DNA from: an uncultured Candidatus Rokubacteria bacterium
GTDB taxonomy: Bacteria; Methylomirabilota; Methylomirabilia; Rokubacteriales; CSP1-6
DNA: 64,000 nucleotides
Reading direction: 5' to 3'
Assembly: GCA_963758635.1 (NCBI GenBank)
Contig: CAVWWD010000005.1
Location: forward strand, 672,001 to 736,000
Shown: positions 28,470 to 37,584 of the stretch, piece by piece
Layout of the letters: every line of letters starts with the position of its first letter
Position numbering within the stretch: the first letter of the stretch is position 1
The notes under the pieces: generated by a model
Database searches by the model: none
What the model saw: the letters and a program-made list of their open reading frames with translations, nothing else
What the model was told of the DNA's origin: nothing
Translations under genes and position numbers: made by a program

Positions 28470-29926
28470 ACCTCGCCGAGATCCTGTTCACGACGGCGGC
28501 GCGACACTCGCCGCGGCGAGCGATCACCGACGTGCGGTCGGGCCGATCCGTGAGCTACGGCCAGCTCGCCCGCGAAGCCGAGCGGGTCGCCGCGTTCCTC
28601 AAGGCCGAGGGGGTCGAGCCCGGCCAGCGGATCGGGCTCCTGGCCCCGAACGATCTCACCTATCTGCCGGCGGCGTTCGGCTTGCTCGCCGCGGGCGCGT
28701 GCTTCGTCCCGCTCGCCAGCAACCTCACCCCCACGGAGATCGCGGAGATCATCCGCGAGGTGCAGCTGAACGGCTGCTTCTCGTCGCCGAAGGCGGCGCC
28801 GCTGCCGAGCGCGCCCGGCCACGCGGACGTGTCGGCGCGCCGCGCGGTCGTGAAGGGCGGCGAGTGCGACGGCTATGCGTTTCAGTGGATCGATCACGGC
28901 GCCGAGGCCCCGCCGGAGTTCGCCACGCTGAACGCCGCGTTCATCCGCTTCACGTCCGGGACGACCGCCCGGAGCAAGGGCGTCGTGCTGTCCCACGAAG
29001 CGACCGCCGCGCGCGTCGAGGCGTCCGATCGCGTGCTCAAGTTCAGCGAAGAGGATCGCATCCTCTGGGTGCTGCCCCTCGCCTATCACTTCGCCGTCAC
29101 GATCACGGCGTACGTCCGCGCGGGCTCCCACGTCCTGCTGTGCTCCGACACCCTGCCGAAAGCGATCGTGGACGGCGCCCGCCGCCTCCGCGCGAGCGTG
29201 CTGTACGCGGCGCCCCTGCACTTCGAGCGCATGGCCAATCTCGGGCCGAGCGAGCCGCTCTCGAGCATTCGCGTCACCCTCTCCACCGCGGCGCCGATCT
29301 CGACCGCGGTGATGGAGCGCTTCGAGTCCGTCTATGGTGTTCCGGTCGGCCAGGCCTACGGCATCATCGAGGCGGGTCTGCCGTGCATCAACCTGGGCAC
29401 GGAGGGCCTGCCCCCCGCCTCGGTGGGCCGCCCCGTTCCCGGCTACGCCGTCGCGGTCTACTCGGACGAAGGCGCACGCTTGCCCACGGAGACGATCGGC
29501 GAGATCGCGGTGCGGGGCGACGGGCTCTTCTCCGCCTACTACTCGCCGTGGCGTCTTCGCGAGCAGGTCGAGAACGACGGCTGGTTCCTCACCGGCGACC
29601 TCGGCTTCCTGGACGGGTCGGGAGCCCTCCACCTGAAAGGCCGGAAGAAAGCCCTCATCCTCGTCGCCGGGCTGAAGTTCTTTCCCGAGGAAGTCGAGGA
29701 ATGCATCAACCGGTTCCCGGGGATCAAGGAATCTCGTGTGTTCAGCCGGCCGCACGCGCATATGGGTGAGGTTCCCTGCGCGGAGATCGTGATGGAGCCG
29801 GCCGGCTGCGACGTCGACGCCCTGAAGACGCATTGCGCGCGCGAGCTGTCCTCGTACAAGGTGCCGCTCGAGTTCACGGTCGTGGACACCGTCCCGAGAA
29901 CCCCCAGCGGCAAGATCCGCCGATGA
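28466..29926 (+). CDS. AMP-binding adenylate-forming ligase (acyl-CoA / acyl-ACP ligase)
   Basis: FTSGTTARSKG, YGIIEAG, WFLTGDLG, GRKK, PRTPSGKI; ATGA overlaps at both ends. Confidence 0.9.
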   Translation: MNLAEILFTTAARHSPRRAITDVRSGRSVSYGQLAREAERVAAFLKAEGVEPGQRIGLLAPNDLTYLPAAFGLLAAGACFVPLASNLTPTEIAEIIREVQLNGCFSSPKAAPLPSAPGHADVSARRAVVKGGECDGYAFQWIDHGAEAPPEFATLNAAFIRFTSGTTARSKGVVLSHEATAARVEASDRVLKFSEEDRILWVLPLAYHFAVTITAYVRAGSHVLLCSDTLPKAIVDGARRLRASVLYAAPLHFERMANLGPSEPLSSIRVTLSTAAPISTAVMERFESVYGVPVGQAYGIIEAGLPCINLGTEGLPPASVGRPVPGYAVAVYSDEGARLPTETIGEIAVRGDGLFSAYYSPWRLREQVENDGWFLTGDLGFLDGSGALHLKGRKKALILVAGLKFFPEEVEECINRFPGIKESRVFSRPHAHMGEVPCAEIVMEPAGCDVDALKTHCARELSSYKVPLEFTVVDTVPRTPSGKIRR

Positions 29927-31203
29927 GGGTCGCGATCGTCGGGGCCGGTCCCTCGGGCGCCGCCCTGGCGCTTCTGCTGGCGCGTGAGGGCGCCAGGGTC
30001 ACCCTCTTCGACGACGGTCGTCGGCCCGAGCTCCTTGTCGGCGAATCGCTCGTGCCGGCGGCGGTCCCGATCCTCCAGCGGCTCGGCATCGAGGAAGACA
30101 CCGCCAGCTTCAGCCGGGTGAAGCCGGGCGTGTCCTTCATCTGGTCGCCGGCCGACCGCTTCAGCTTCTCGTTCGCGCGGTTCGCGCCCGGCGTGTTCCC
30201 GTATGCCTACAACATTCCGCGCCCGAGATTCGACGACGCGATGCTCGCGCGCGCCATCGCGTGCGGTGTCGAGCGCGTCGTGGCTCACGCACGGCTCACG
30301 CCGATGAACGACAACGGGCGCGAGCTCGGGCTCGCCCCCGAGACCCTGGCCGCCGCGCCGTCGCTCGAAGGCCGGCAACCCGACCTCGTCGTCGACGCGA
30401 CCGGACGGGCGCGCCTCGGCGCGCGCGCCCTGAACATCGCCGCCCGGTTCGGACCGCGCAAGGACGTCGCGCACTTCGCCCACTTCGAGAATTTCTCCTG
30501 GGACGATGCACCCGGTCAGGTGCTGATCCGGCGGCTCGAGGCCGGCTGGAGCTGGTGCATCCCCCTGCAAGACCGACTCTCGATCGGGATCGTGCTGGGC
30601 CGGGACGATGCCGCTCGCCTGGGCGCGAGCCCGGCCGAACGGCTCGAGCGGGCGATCGAGGCGGACGCGTGGCTGTCGACGATCGGCGGCGGCAGCAAGC
30701 GCGTGACGTCCGTCGCGACGTACGCCAACTACCAGCTCATCTCGCAGCGAGGCCTCGGCCCCGGCTGGGTGATGGTCGGTGACGCGTTCGGCTTCGTCGA
30801 CCCGATGCTCTCGCCCGGCGTGTTCCTGGCTCTACGCTCGGCCGAGCTCGTGGCGGACGCGCTCGGGCCGTTCGCGAAATCGGCGCGGGCGCCCGCGGCT
30901 GCGGAAATCGAAGCGGCGCTCCGGCCGTACGCCGCCGCGCAGACGGCGATGCTGGCGGCCTGGCTCGATCTGATCGCGACGTTCTACGACGGGCGGATGG
31001 CGGCGCTCTTTCGCGCCGGGCGCGACTGGATGTCGAGCGGCACCACTATCTTCAAGAGCGCGGCCCAGAACCACATCGAGCGCCACATCGCCCTGCAGGC
31101 CTCCGGCGCGGGCACGCTCCGCCCCTACAGCCGAGGCCTTTTGCGCTTCATGGGCCGCTACGGCCGACGCGGCATCGACCCCACCTCCCTCGCGATCCGC
31201 TAG
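29923..31203 (+). CDS. Flavin-dependent halogenase-like oxidoreductase
   Basis: GAGPSG, VGESLVP, VKPG (catalytic Lys position), GWSWCIP (WxWxIP), GDAFGFVDPMLSPG (FxxPxxSxG). Confidence 0.8.
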   Translation: MRVAIVGAGPSGAALALLLAREGARVTLFDDGRRPELLVGESLVPAAVPILQRLGIEEDTASFSRVKPGVSFIWSPADRFSFSFARFAPGVFPYAYNIPRPRFDDAMLARAIACGVERVVAHARLTPMNDNGRELGLAPETLAAAPSLEGRQPDLVVDATGRARLGARALNIAARFGPRKDVAHFAHFENFSWDDAPGQVLIRRLEAGWSWCIPLQDRLSIGIVLGRDDAARLGASPAERLERAIEADAWLSTIGGGSKRVTSVATYANYQLISQRGLGPGWVMVGDAFGFVDPMLSPGVFLALRSAELVADALGPFAKSARAPAAAEIEAALRPYAAAQTAMLAAWLDLIATFYDGRMAALFRAGRDWMSSGTTIFKSAAQNHIERHIALQASGAGTLRPYSRGLLRFMGRYGRRGIDPTSLAIR

Positions 31204-31204
31204 A

Positions 31205-32621
31205 TCACTCCGACGCATCTGGACCCCTACGACACGCGGATTCGGCGATCCCGGGCCCGCCTCGCTCGCTCTCATCGGGCTCGGGCTCGGCCTCCTCGGC
31301 TGGAAGGGTCCAGCTGCGAGGAGGCGCCCGAAGGCACGCGACAGTCGGCGTACATCGGGCTGCCGACGTTGAGCCGCCGGTGCTCTGAGGGCGCCTCCAG
31401 ACGAAGCAGGTCGGGGCCTTCTCGAGACGCGGGACGGCGAGGGCGGCGGCGCAGGCGATGGCGAGCAGCGCCAGGCCGTTCACGCCGAGCGCCGCGCCCA
31501 CGCCGAGCATCGACGCGAGCGCGCCCACCTGGAACTGGCCGAGCGGCGCCATGCCGATGGCGACGACCCAGGCGCCGCCGGCCCGCCCGCGCTGCCCGCT
31601 GGGCACGGCGAGCTGGATGAGCGTCTGGGCGAGGACATCCGTCGTCGCGCCGAGCGCGTTCACCGCCAGCAGGATCAGCGCCACCGTCGTGAACGTCGGC
31701 GCCAGGCCCAGCATGAGGAGCGGTGGCGCCGAAGCCGATCAGCACGGCGAGGAACGCCACGCCGTGGCCGCGCGCCGCGCCCAGCCGGGAAACGACCGCC
31801 ACGCCGATCACGCCGCCCGCCTGACGCGCGCCCGTCAGGACCCCGAGGCCGCCCGGCCCCACGTGGAGCACGTCGCGCGCGAGGCTCGGGAGCACCGCCT
31901 GGTGCGAGAAGCCGAACATCTCCGCGGCGGCGGTGAGCGCCATCAGCGAGGAGAGCGTCGGGTCGCGCCGGACCATCGCGAGGAAGCCGACCACGCCGGC
32001 CAGCACCGAGCCGGCGCGCGCCGCCTCGTCCCTGGGCCGCGGCGGCGCGGGGAGCACGGCGACGGCGCAGCCGAGGTAGCCGGCGGCCACCGCGAGGTAG
32101 GCCGCGCCCGGGCCGTAGCGGGCGAGGAGCGCGCCGACGGCCAGGGACCCGGCGAGGCCGCCCACCCGCGAGGAGAAGCCGACGAGCGCGATGGTCTCGA
32201 CGAGACGGCCGGAGCGCGCCACGTCGTGCGCGAAGCCCTGCCGCGCCGTCTGGTGGAAGGCGCGCGCCAAGCCGCCGAGGAACGAGAAGAGCAGCAAGGG
32301 CTCGATGGAAAGCCGCCCGATCAGCGCCAGCAGCGCCAGCGTGCCCGTGGTTCCGGCCAGCGCGGCACCTGTCAGCTCGATCAGCCGCACGCGATCGACC
32401 TGGTCGGCGATCACGCCGGCGGGCACGCCGAAGAGCAGCAGCGGCAGCATCCGGAGGCCCAGGGCCACGCCCACCATCAAGGGAGAGTCGGTGAGCTCGA
32501 GCGCGAGCCAGCCGAGGACGACCTGCTCGCCCACCATCCCGAAGGAATGCAGGAGCGCGCTCGCCCCGAGACACCGCGACGCGGGGTCACGCCACCACCC
32601 CGGGGCCGCGGTCGCGCTCAC
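31205..32621 (-). CDS. MFS transporter (MFS_3 / H+ antiporter-like); frameshift at ~31718; 3' end uncertain
   Basis: WLALELTDSPLMVG, GVIADQVDR, LPSLARDVLHVGPGGLG; continues as QTLIQLAVPSGQRGRAGG in frame 31714. Confidence 0.82.
31236..31320 (+). repeat. Degenerate direct copy of the 3' end (sorting signal) of the PEP-CTERM gene at 25434-25530
   Basis: GCGGATTCGGCGATCCCGGGCCCGCCTCGCTCGCTCTCATCGGGCTCGGGCTC-GGCCTCCTCGGCTGGAAGGGTC aligns with 25434-25530 apart from a few substitutions, 1-bp deletions and one 9-bp deletion. Confidence 0.9.
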
Positions 32622-32791
32622 GATCCGGGAGTCTAGCGCACGCGCCGCGGTGAGCGAAGATCCGCGCGCGCCGCGCCGGGATCACGGGGACCGGGCCGAA
32701 TGGCGACTCGGGCCGGCGCGGGCCCGGGCGCTCCGCCCGCCCCTGACGCGATGCGAACCGGGTAACCGCGCGAAATCGCGCCCTCTCGCGC

Positions 32792-32807
32792 TGGCACGTC
32801 GTATGCC
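32792..32807 (+). promoter_or_regulatory. Sigma-54 -24/-12 promoter
   Basis: TGGCACGTCGTATGCC (GG-N10-GC), 64 bp upstream of ATG 32871. Confidence 0.65.
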
Positions 32808-32870
32808 TCTGGGTCGAGCAGGGCCGCAGCAGGACGGGCCGGCACTCGAACCAAGGAGGAGGGGCCAGAC

Positions 32871-33191
32871 ATGCTACGAAAGCTGATCTACTTCGCCGCG
32901 CTCGCCGCTCTGGTGGCCGTGCCGACGCTCGTGCCCGCGGAGGCCTGGGCGGGGAACCATGGCTACTACCGGCAGGGGTACGGCCATCAAGACTGGCGGG
33001 ACGCCCGCGACTACCGGATCATCACGGAGCCCAGGGTCCAGATCCAGATCCAGCACCGGCACTACCATCCGGGACACCGCCACTACAATCCGTACGTGTA
33101 CGTGGCGCCGAGCCAGCCGATCTGGGTGCCCGCGTCGTGGCAGTGGAACGGCTACCAGTGGGTGTGGGTCCAGGGCTACTGGAGCTGGTAA
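32871..33191 (+). CDS. Small secreted His/Tyr-rich protein with a YXWGXW-type repeat
   Basis: AGGAGGAGG RBS, signal peptide ending AEAWA, C-terminal WVPASWQWNGYQWVWVQGYW. Confidence 0.8.
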   Translation: MLRKLIYFAALAALVAVPTLVPAEAWAGNHGYYRQGYGHQDWRDARDYRIITEPRVQIQIQHRHYHPGHRHYNPYVYVAPSQPIWVPASWQWNGYQWVWVQGYWSW

Positions 33192-33210
33192 CCCAGCGGC
33201 CCGGGACGGG

Positions 33211-33245
33211 AGAGGGCGCGCCCGTTCGGGGCGGGCGCGTTCTCT
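33211..33245. terminator. Hairpin between convergent genes (probable bidirectional terminator)
   Basis: AGAGGGCGCGCCCG-TTCGGGG-CGGGCGCGTTCTCT. Confidence 0.55.
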
Positions 33246-33246
33246 C

Positions 33247-34471
33247 CTAGTCTTTCCCGTCGCCCTGGACGACCGTCCGGGCGGCGAGCAGGCGATCGAT
33301 CTCCTCCGGTGTGTAGCCCGCCTCCCGCAGCACCTCCACCGAGTGCTCGCCGAGCCCGGGCGGAAACCGGGGCGGCGTCTTGGCCTCCCCGTCCAGCCAG
33401 ACCGGGCTCGCCACGGTGAGGCGCGCCCCGGCGCGCGGGTCGTCGATGGGAACGAGCGCGCCGCTCGCCACCATCTGCGGGTCGTCGCGCGCGTCGTCCA
33501 CCGTGCCCACGACGCCGAAGGTGAGCCCGTGCTTGTCGAGCGCGGCCCGCCACTCCGCCCACGGACGCGTGGCGAACACGGCGTCGAGCACGGGCACGAG
33601 CGCACGCGCGTTGGCGCGGCGGGCCGGCGTGGTGGCGAAGCGCGCGTCGCCGGCCAGGTCCGGGCGCTCGATCGCGCGCAGGAACTCGCGGCCAGTCCCG
33701 GTCCTCCGCGAGCACGTTCAGGAGGAACCAGCGTCCGTCGCCGCAGCGGTAGAGGTTCGCGAGCGCGCTCGCCGCCTCCTCGCGCGGCGGGCGCGGCTCG
33801 ACGCGCGCGCCGCAGAGCGCGGCCTGCACCTGGATGGCGTTCCACCAGAGCCCGTTGGCCATGAGCGAGGTCGACACCATGCCGCCCTGCCCGGTGCGCT
33901 CGCGCCGGTAGAGCGCGGTCATGATCGCGGCGAACAGGCTGACGCCGGTGGGATGGTCGCCCATGCCGGGCAAGGAACGCGGCGGCGGCGCGTCCGGCGA
34001 GGCGCGCACCAGGTCCATGAGCCCGGTGCGCGCCCACAGCGCGGTGGCGTCGAACCCGCCCTTGGCCGCCTCGTCGCCCTGCTCGCCGTACGCCGTCACC
34101 GACGCGTAGACGAGCCGTGGGTTGAGCGGCGCGAGATCCTCCCAGCGGATGCGCAGGCGCTCGCGCGAGTCGAGCGGCGAGTTGGTCACGAACACGTCGG
34201 CGCGGGCGACGAGGCGGCACAGCACGTCCCGCCCCGCGGGCTGGCGCAGGTCGAGGGCGAGGCCGCGCTTGCTGCGGTTGTCCACGATCCAGCGGTAGTT
34301 GTACGGGCTGTCCGCCACGCCGGGGCCGCCGGTGCGGTGGCGGTAGAGGTCCCCGTCGGGCGGCTCGATCTTGATGACGTCGGCGCCCAGGTCCGCGAGC
34401 ATGGTCGTGGCCACCGGGCCGGCGATGAAGCTCGCGGCGTCGATGACGCGGAGGCCGTCGCAGAGGCTCAT
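33247..34471 (-). CDS. CaiB/BaiF family (class III) CoA-transferase; frameshift at ~33688
   Basis: GLRVIDAASFIAGP, LADLGADVIKIEPPDGD, NRSKRGLALDL, GMGDH; C-terminus PPGLGEHS. Confidence 0.9.
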
Positions 34472-35568
34472 GGCATCCCCGGCAGGTCCACGCGCGCGTA
34501 GTAGCGCGACTCGCCGAGCGCGTCCACGCGCTCCCAGAACTCCGGCTGCGCGGCGAGGCCCAGCTCGTTCAGGCCGGCCTGCTGGCGCCAGATGCACCAC
34601 GACTCGGGATGCCGGCGGCTCGCCTCGGCGAGCCAGTGCGCGGCTTCGTCCGTCTCTCCCCGCCGTAGCAGGTGCTGGCCCAGCCGGAACATGGCGTGCG
34701 CCGTCACCGAGCCCTCGGTGGGCCGCGGCAGGCGCGATCGCGCGGCGTCGGACGCGAACGCGGCCGGGCTCTCCGGCCCTCGCCGGACCCAGTCGCGGAT
34801 CGCGTCCAGGTAGGTGGACTTCGCGTGCGCGGTGGTCTGCGCCACCGCCTCGGGCACCTCCCGGGTCTCGCGGTTCATCTTCCGGAACCCCTCGTAGGCG
34901 CCGGCCGGCTCGGCCGGACGCACGATGCGCCCCGCCTCGTCGATCCAGACCGCCTGCGGCACGTTGACGATGCCGTACAGCTCGGCCAGCCGATGGTCGC
35001 GATCGATGACGCTGACGTAGGTGGGCCGGGCCGCCTCGATCCACGGCAGCGCCGCGCCCTCACGGCTGTCCATGGCCACGGCCACGACCATGAAGCCAAG
35101 ATGGGCCAGCTCCTCGTAGAGCGCCTGCCACACGGGCAGGTCGCGCCGGCACCCTCACCAGGAGGCCCACGAGACGAGGAGCACCTTCTTGCCCCGGTGG
35201 TCCGAGAGCGAATGCATGCGCCCCTCGGCGTCGGGCAGCGTGAAGTCCGGGGCCTCGAGCGAGGCGAGGGCGGCCGCGCGCTCCTGGGCGCCCTCGCCGA
35301 GCACCCAGGCGTCGCCCCGGTTGCTCCGCACGACGGGCTTGCCCAGGAGACGCCAGAGCGCGGCCACGTCGACCCGGCCCCCACGGACGATCTCGCCTTC
35401 GCGGCCCGGCGGCAGCGGCACGCAGACCAATCCCTTGCAGAGCCCCTCGGGCTTGACCGCCCAGCCCGTCAGGGCCAGGGCATCGTCGGCGGGCAGCCAC
35501 AGCCCCTGGCCCGCCGCCTCCGCCCGCGGCGCCTCCACCTGTCCGTCGTCCGTCAGCACCGTGATCAT
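34468..35568 (-). CDS. Selenoprotein: ResA/TlpA-like thioredoxin-fold protein with WAxxUGC motif (in-frame UGA at 35155-35157 = Sec)
   Basis: ORFs 35155..35898 and 34468..35133 are in the same frame, joined by one TGA: APDFTLPD..GKKVLLVSWASW-U-GCRRDLPVWQALY..YGIVNVPQAVWIDEAGRIV; GGAGG RBS at the start; hairpin just downstream of the TGA. Confidence 0.88.
35121..35146 (-). promoter_or_regulatory. Putative bacterial SECIS element
   Basis: mRNA UGA GGGUGCCGGCGCGA CCUGCC CGUGU GGCAGG CGC: 6-bp upper stem, GU-containing apical loop 20 nt after the UGA. Confidence 0.65.
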
Positions 35569-35622
35569 TCGCCCCTCCGCATGAATTCGTTCCCTCCGTC
35601 TCGGCCTGGGTGACAATGCGCC

Positions 35623-36532
35623 GTGGCCACGATGACCTCCCCGGACCTCGGCCGCGCGAACGCGAGCGTGCCGGGCCTGCGCTACGCCCTGGCCGCCGCG
35701 TGCTTCTCCGCGCTGTGGGCGTCGTCGTTCGTGGCCATCAAGATCGGCGCTCGCCGACTGCCCGCCGCTGCTGCTGATGTCCTCGCGATTCCTCCTCGCC
35801 GCCATCGTCCTCTTCACCTCCGCGTGGGTGGCCGGCGTGCAGTGGCCCGACGGCTGGCTCGAGTGGCGCCGCATCGCGCTCCTCGGCGTGCTGAGCAACG
35901 CCCTCTACCTGGGCGTGAACGCGCTGACGCTCCAGTACCTGGACGCCGGGGTGAGCGCTGTGCTCGCCAGCAGCAACCTCCTGCTCCTCGCGCTGGTCGC
36001 GCCGTGGGCGCTCGGCGAGAGGTTGACGTGGACCAAGGCCGTCGGCCTCGCCGCAGGCGGGGCCGGCGTGGCGTGGGTCATGTGGAGCCGCGGGGGGCCA
36101 ACCAACCCCCCGGCGGCCATGGCGGTCTTCCTGGCCGCCGTGGTCTTCATCGTCGTCGCCACCGTGCTCTTCAAGCGCTGGACGTTCGTCGCGAACCTCG
36201 TCGTGGTCTCGGGCGGCCAGTGTCTCTTCGGCGGCCTGCTGCTCCTCGTGCCCGCCCTCACGCTCGAGTCCGTCTGGGACGTGCGCATCACCCGCGACCT
36301 CCTCATCGCGCAGGCCTACATGGTCGTGATGGTCTCCGGCGTGACCATGCTGATCTGGCTCTGGCTGCTCAGCCGCGGGCGCGCCACCCGGGCCAGCGCC
36401 TACTTCTTCCTGAACCCGGTGTTCGGCCTGCTGCTCGGCGCCGCCCTGCTCCAGGAGCGCGCGAGCGCCGCCGACCTCGCCGGCGCGGCCGCGGTCGCGC
36501 TCGGGATCTACCTGGTCCAGCGCGCCCGATAG
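35623..36532 (+). CDS. DMT/EamA family transporter; frameshift at ~35748
   Basis: FSALWASSFVAIKIG then DCPPLLLMSSRF; LGERLT, ASAYFFLNPVFG; about 10 TM helices. Confidence 0.85.
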
Positions 36533-36555
36533 CGCCGCAGCCGCCGCTGCCGGCG

Positions 36556-37302
36556 TCAGGCGGCCGCGGCGACCCCGCCGAGGCTTCGCAGGAGACGCCC
36601 GAAGCCAGGGATCGGCGCGGTGATGCCGAGGGCGCGGAGCGACGCCCAGATCGCGGCCTGGTTCGACGTGACCACGGGCTTGCCGGTCCTTCGCTCGATC
36701 TCCTCGACCGCCTCCACCGACCGCCACGCCGTGCAGGAGCAGAGGAGGGCGTCGGCGTCGGGCCGGCACGCGCGAGCGGCGAACTCCACGATCACCGCGG
36801 GATCCTGGTCGTTGATGCCCTGGTTGCCCGCGCACGCGGCCTCGGGCTCCGCCTCGAGGTTCAGCACCTCGAGGCCGACGGCGTCGAGATAGGCGCGGAG
36901 CTGGCGGTTGTTCCACTCGGGATACGGCGTGGCCACCGAGATGCGCCGGGCCCCGAAGAAGCGCAGGGCCTCGACCACCGCCGGCGTGGTGGCCACCGCG
37001 GGCACGCCCGCCGTCCGCGAGATGAGGCTCACCATCTCCCGGTCCCAGCCCGGCCCCTTGTAGAAGCTGCCGGTGGTGCACCCGTAGGAGATGGCGTCGA
37101 CGCGGGCGGTGGCGAGGTAGCGCGCCCCGCTCTCGATCTCGCCGTTCATCCGGTCCATTCCCTCCGGGCCCAGGGCGTCGTTGGTGAGCCAGAGGCGCTG
37201 GCCGTGCACGGTGACGCCCGGCGGGACGACCATCTGGAAGTCCGCCTCGCAGGTGGTGTTGGTGGACGGCACCATCACGCCGATGCGCTTGCGCTGGCCC
37301 AT
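36556..37302 (-). CDS. Asp/Glu racemase superfamily protein (maleate cis-trans isomerase / arylmalonate decarboxylase-like)
   Basis: RIGVMVPSTNTTCE, YGCTTGS, ATPY, CSCTA, KPVVTSNQA; GAGGAGG RBS. Confidence 0.9.
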   Translation of the reverse strand: MGQRKRIGVMVPSTNTTCEADFQMVVPPGVTVHGQRLWLTNDALGPEGMDRMNGEIESGARYLATARVDAISYGCTTGSFYKGPGWDREMVSLISRTAGVPAVATTPAVVEALRFFGARRISVATPYPEWNNRQLRAYLDAVGLEVLNLEAEPEAACAGNQGINDQDPAVIVEFAARACRPDADALLCSCTAWRSVEAVEEIERRTGKPVVTSNQAAIWASLRALGITAPIPGFGRLLRSLGGVAAAA

Positions 37303-37319
37303 GATCTGGCCTCCTCTTC

Positions 37320-37451
37320 TCAGGCGAGGATGGCGAAGTCGAACCCGAGGTGGCCGAACAGCTCGACGATGTCCTCGCTCGACACGTCGGCGAGCACGCC
37401 GCAGACGCGTCGTCCCTCGGCGAGCTTCCGCTTGAGGCCGTTGGCGCGCAT
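37320..37451 (-). pseudogene. N-terminal stub of an HpcH/HpaI aldolase
   Basis: MRANGLKRKLAEGRRVCG..DIVELFGHLGFDFAILA*; stops just before the conserved DxEH. Confidence 0.6.
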
Positions 37452-37584
37452 CGGTGTCCGAGAATAGCACGCGCCCGGGCGGGCCTGGAGGGCTCGGACC
37501 ACGGGCGCAGAAGGGACGCCGGGCAACGCGAGCGGCCGGCTGGCGCCGGCGAGCCTGCGAACGGCCTCGATCGACGGGACGGTG

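Noticed and set aside
24255..31400. Autonomous integrative element or prophage
   Set aside because: No integrase, transposase, tRNA target or phage genes were seen; only the flanking direct repeat is supported
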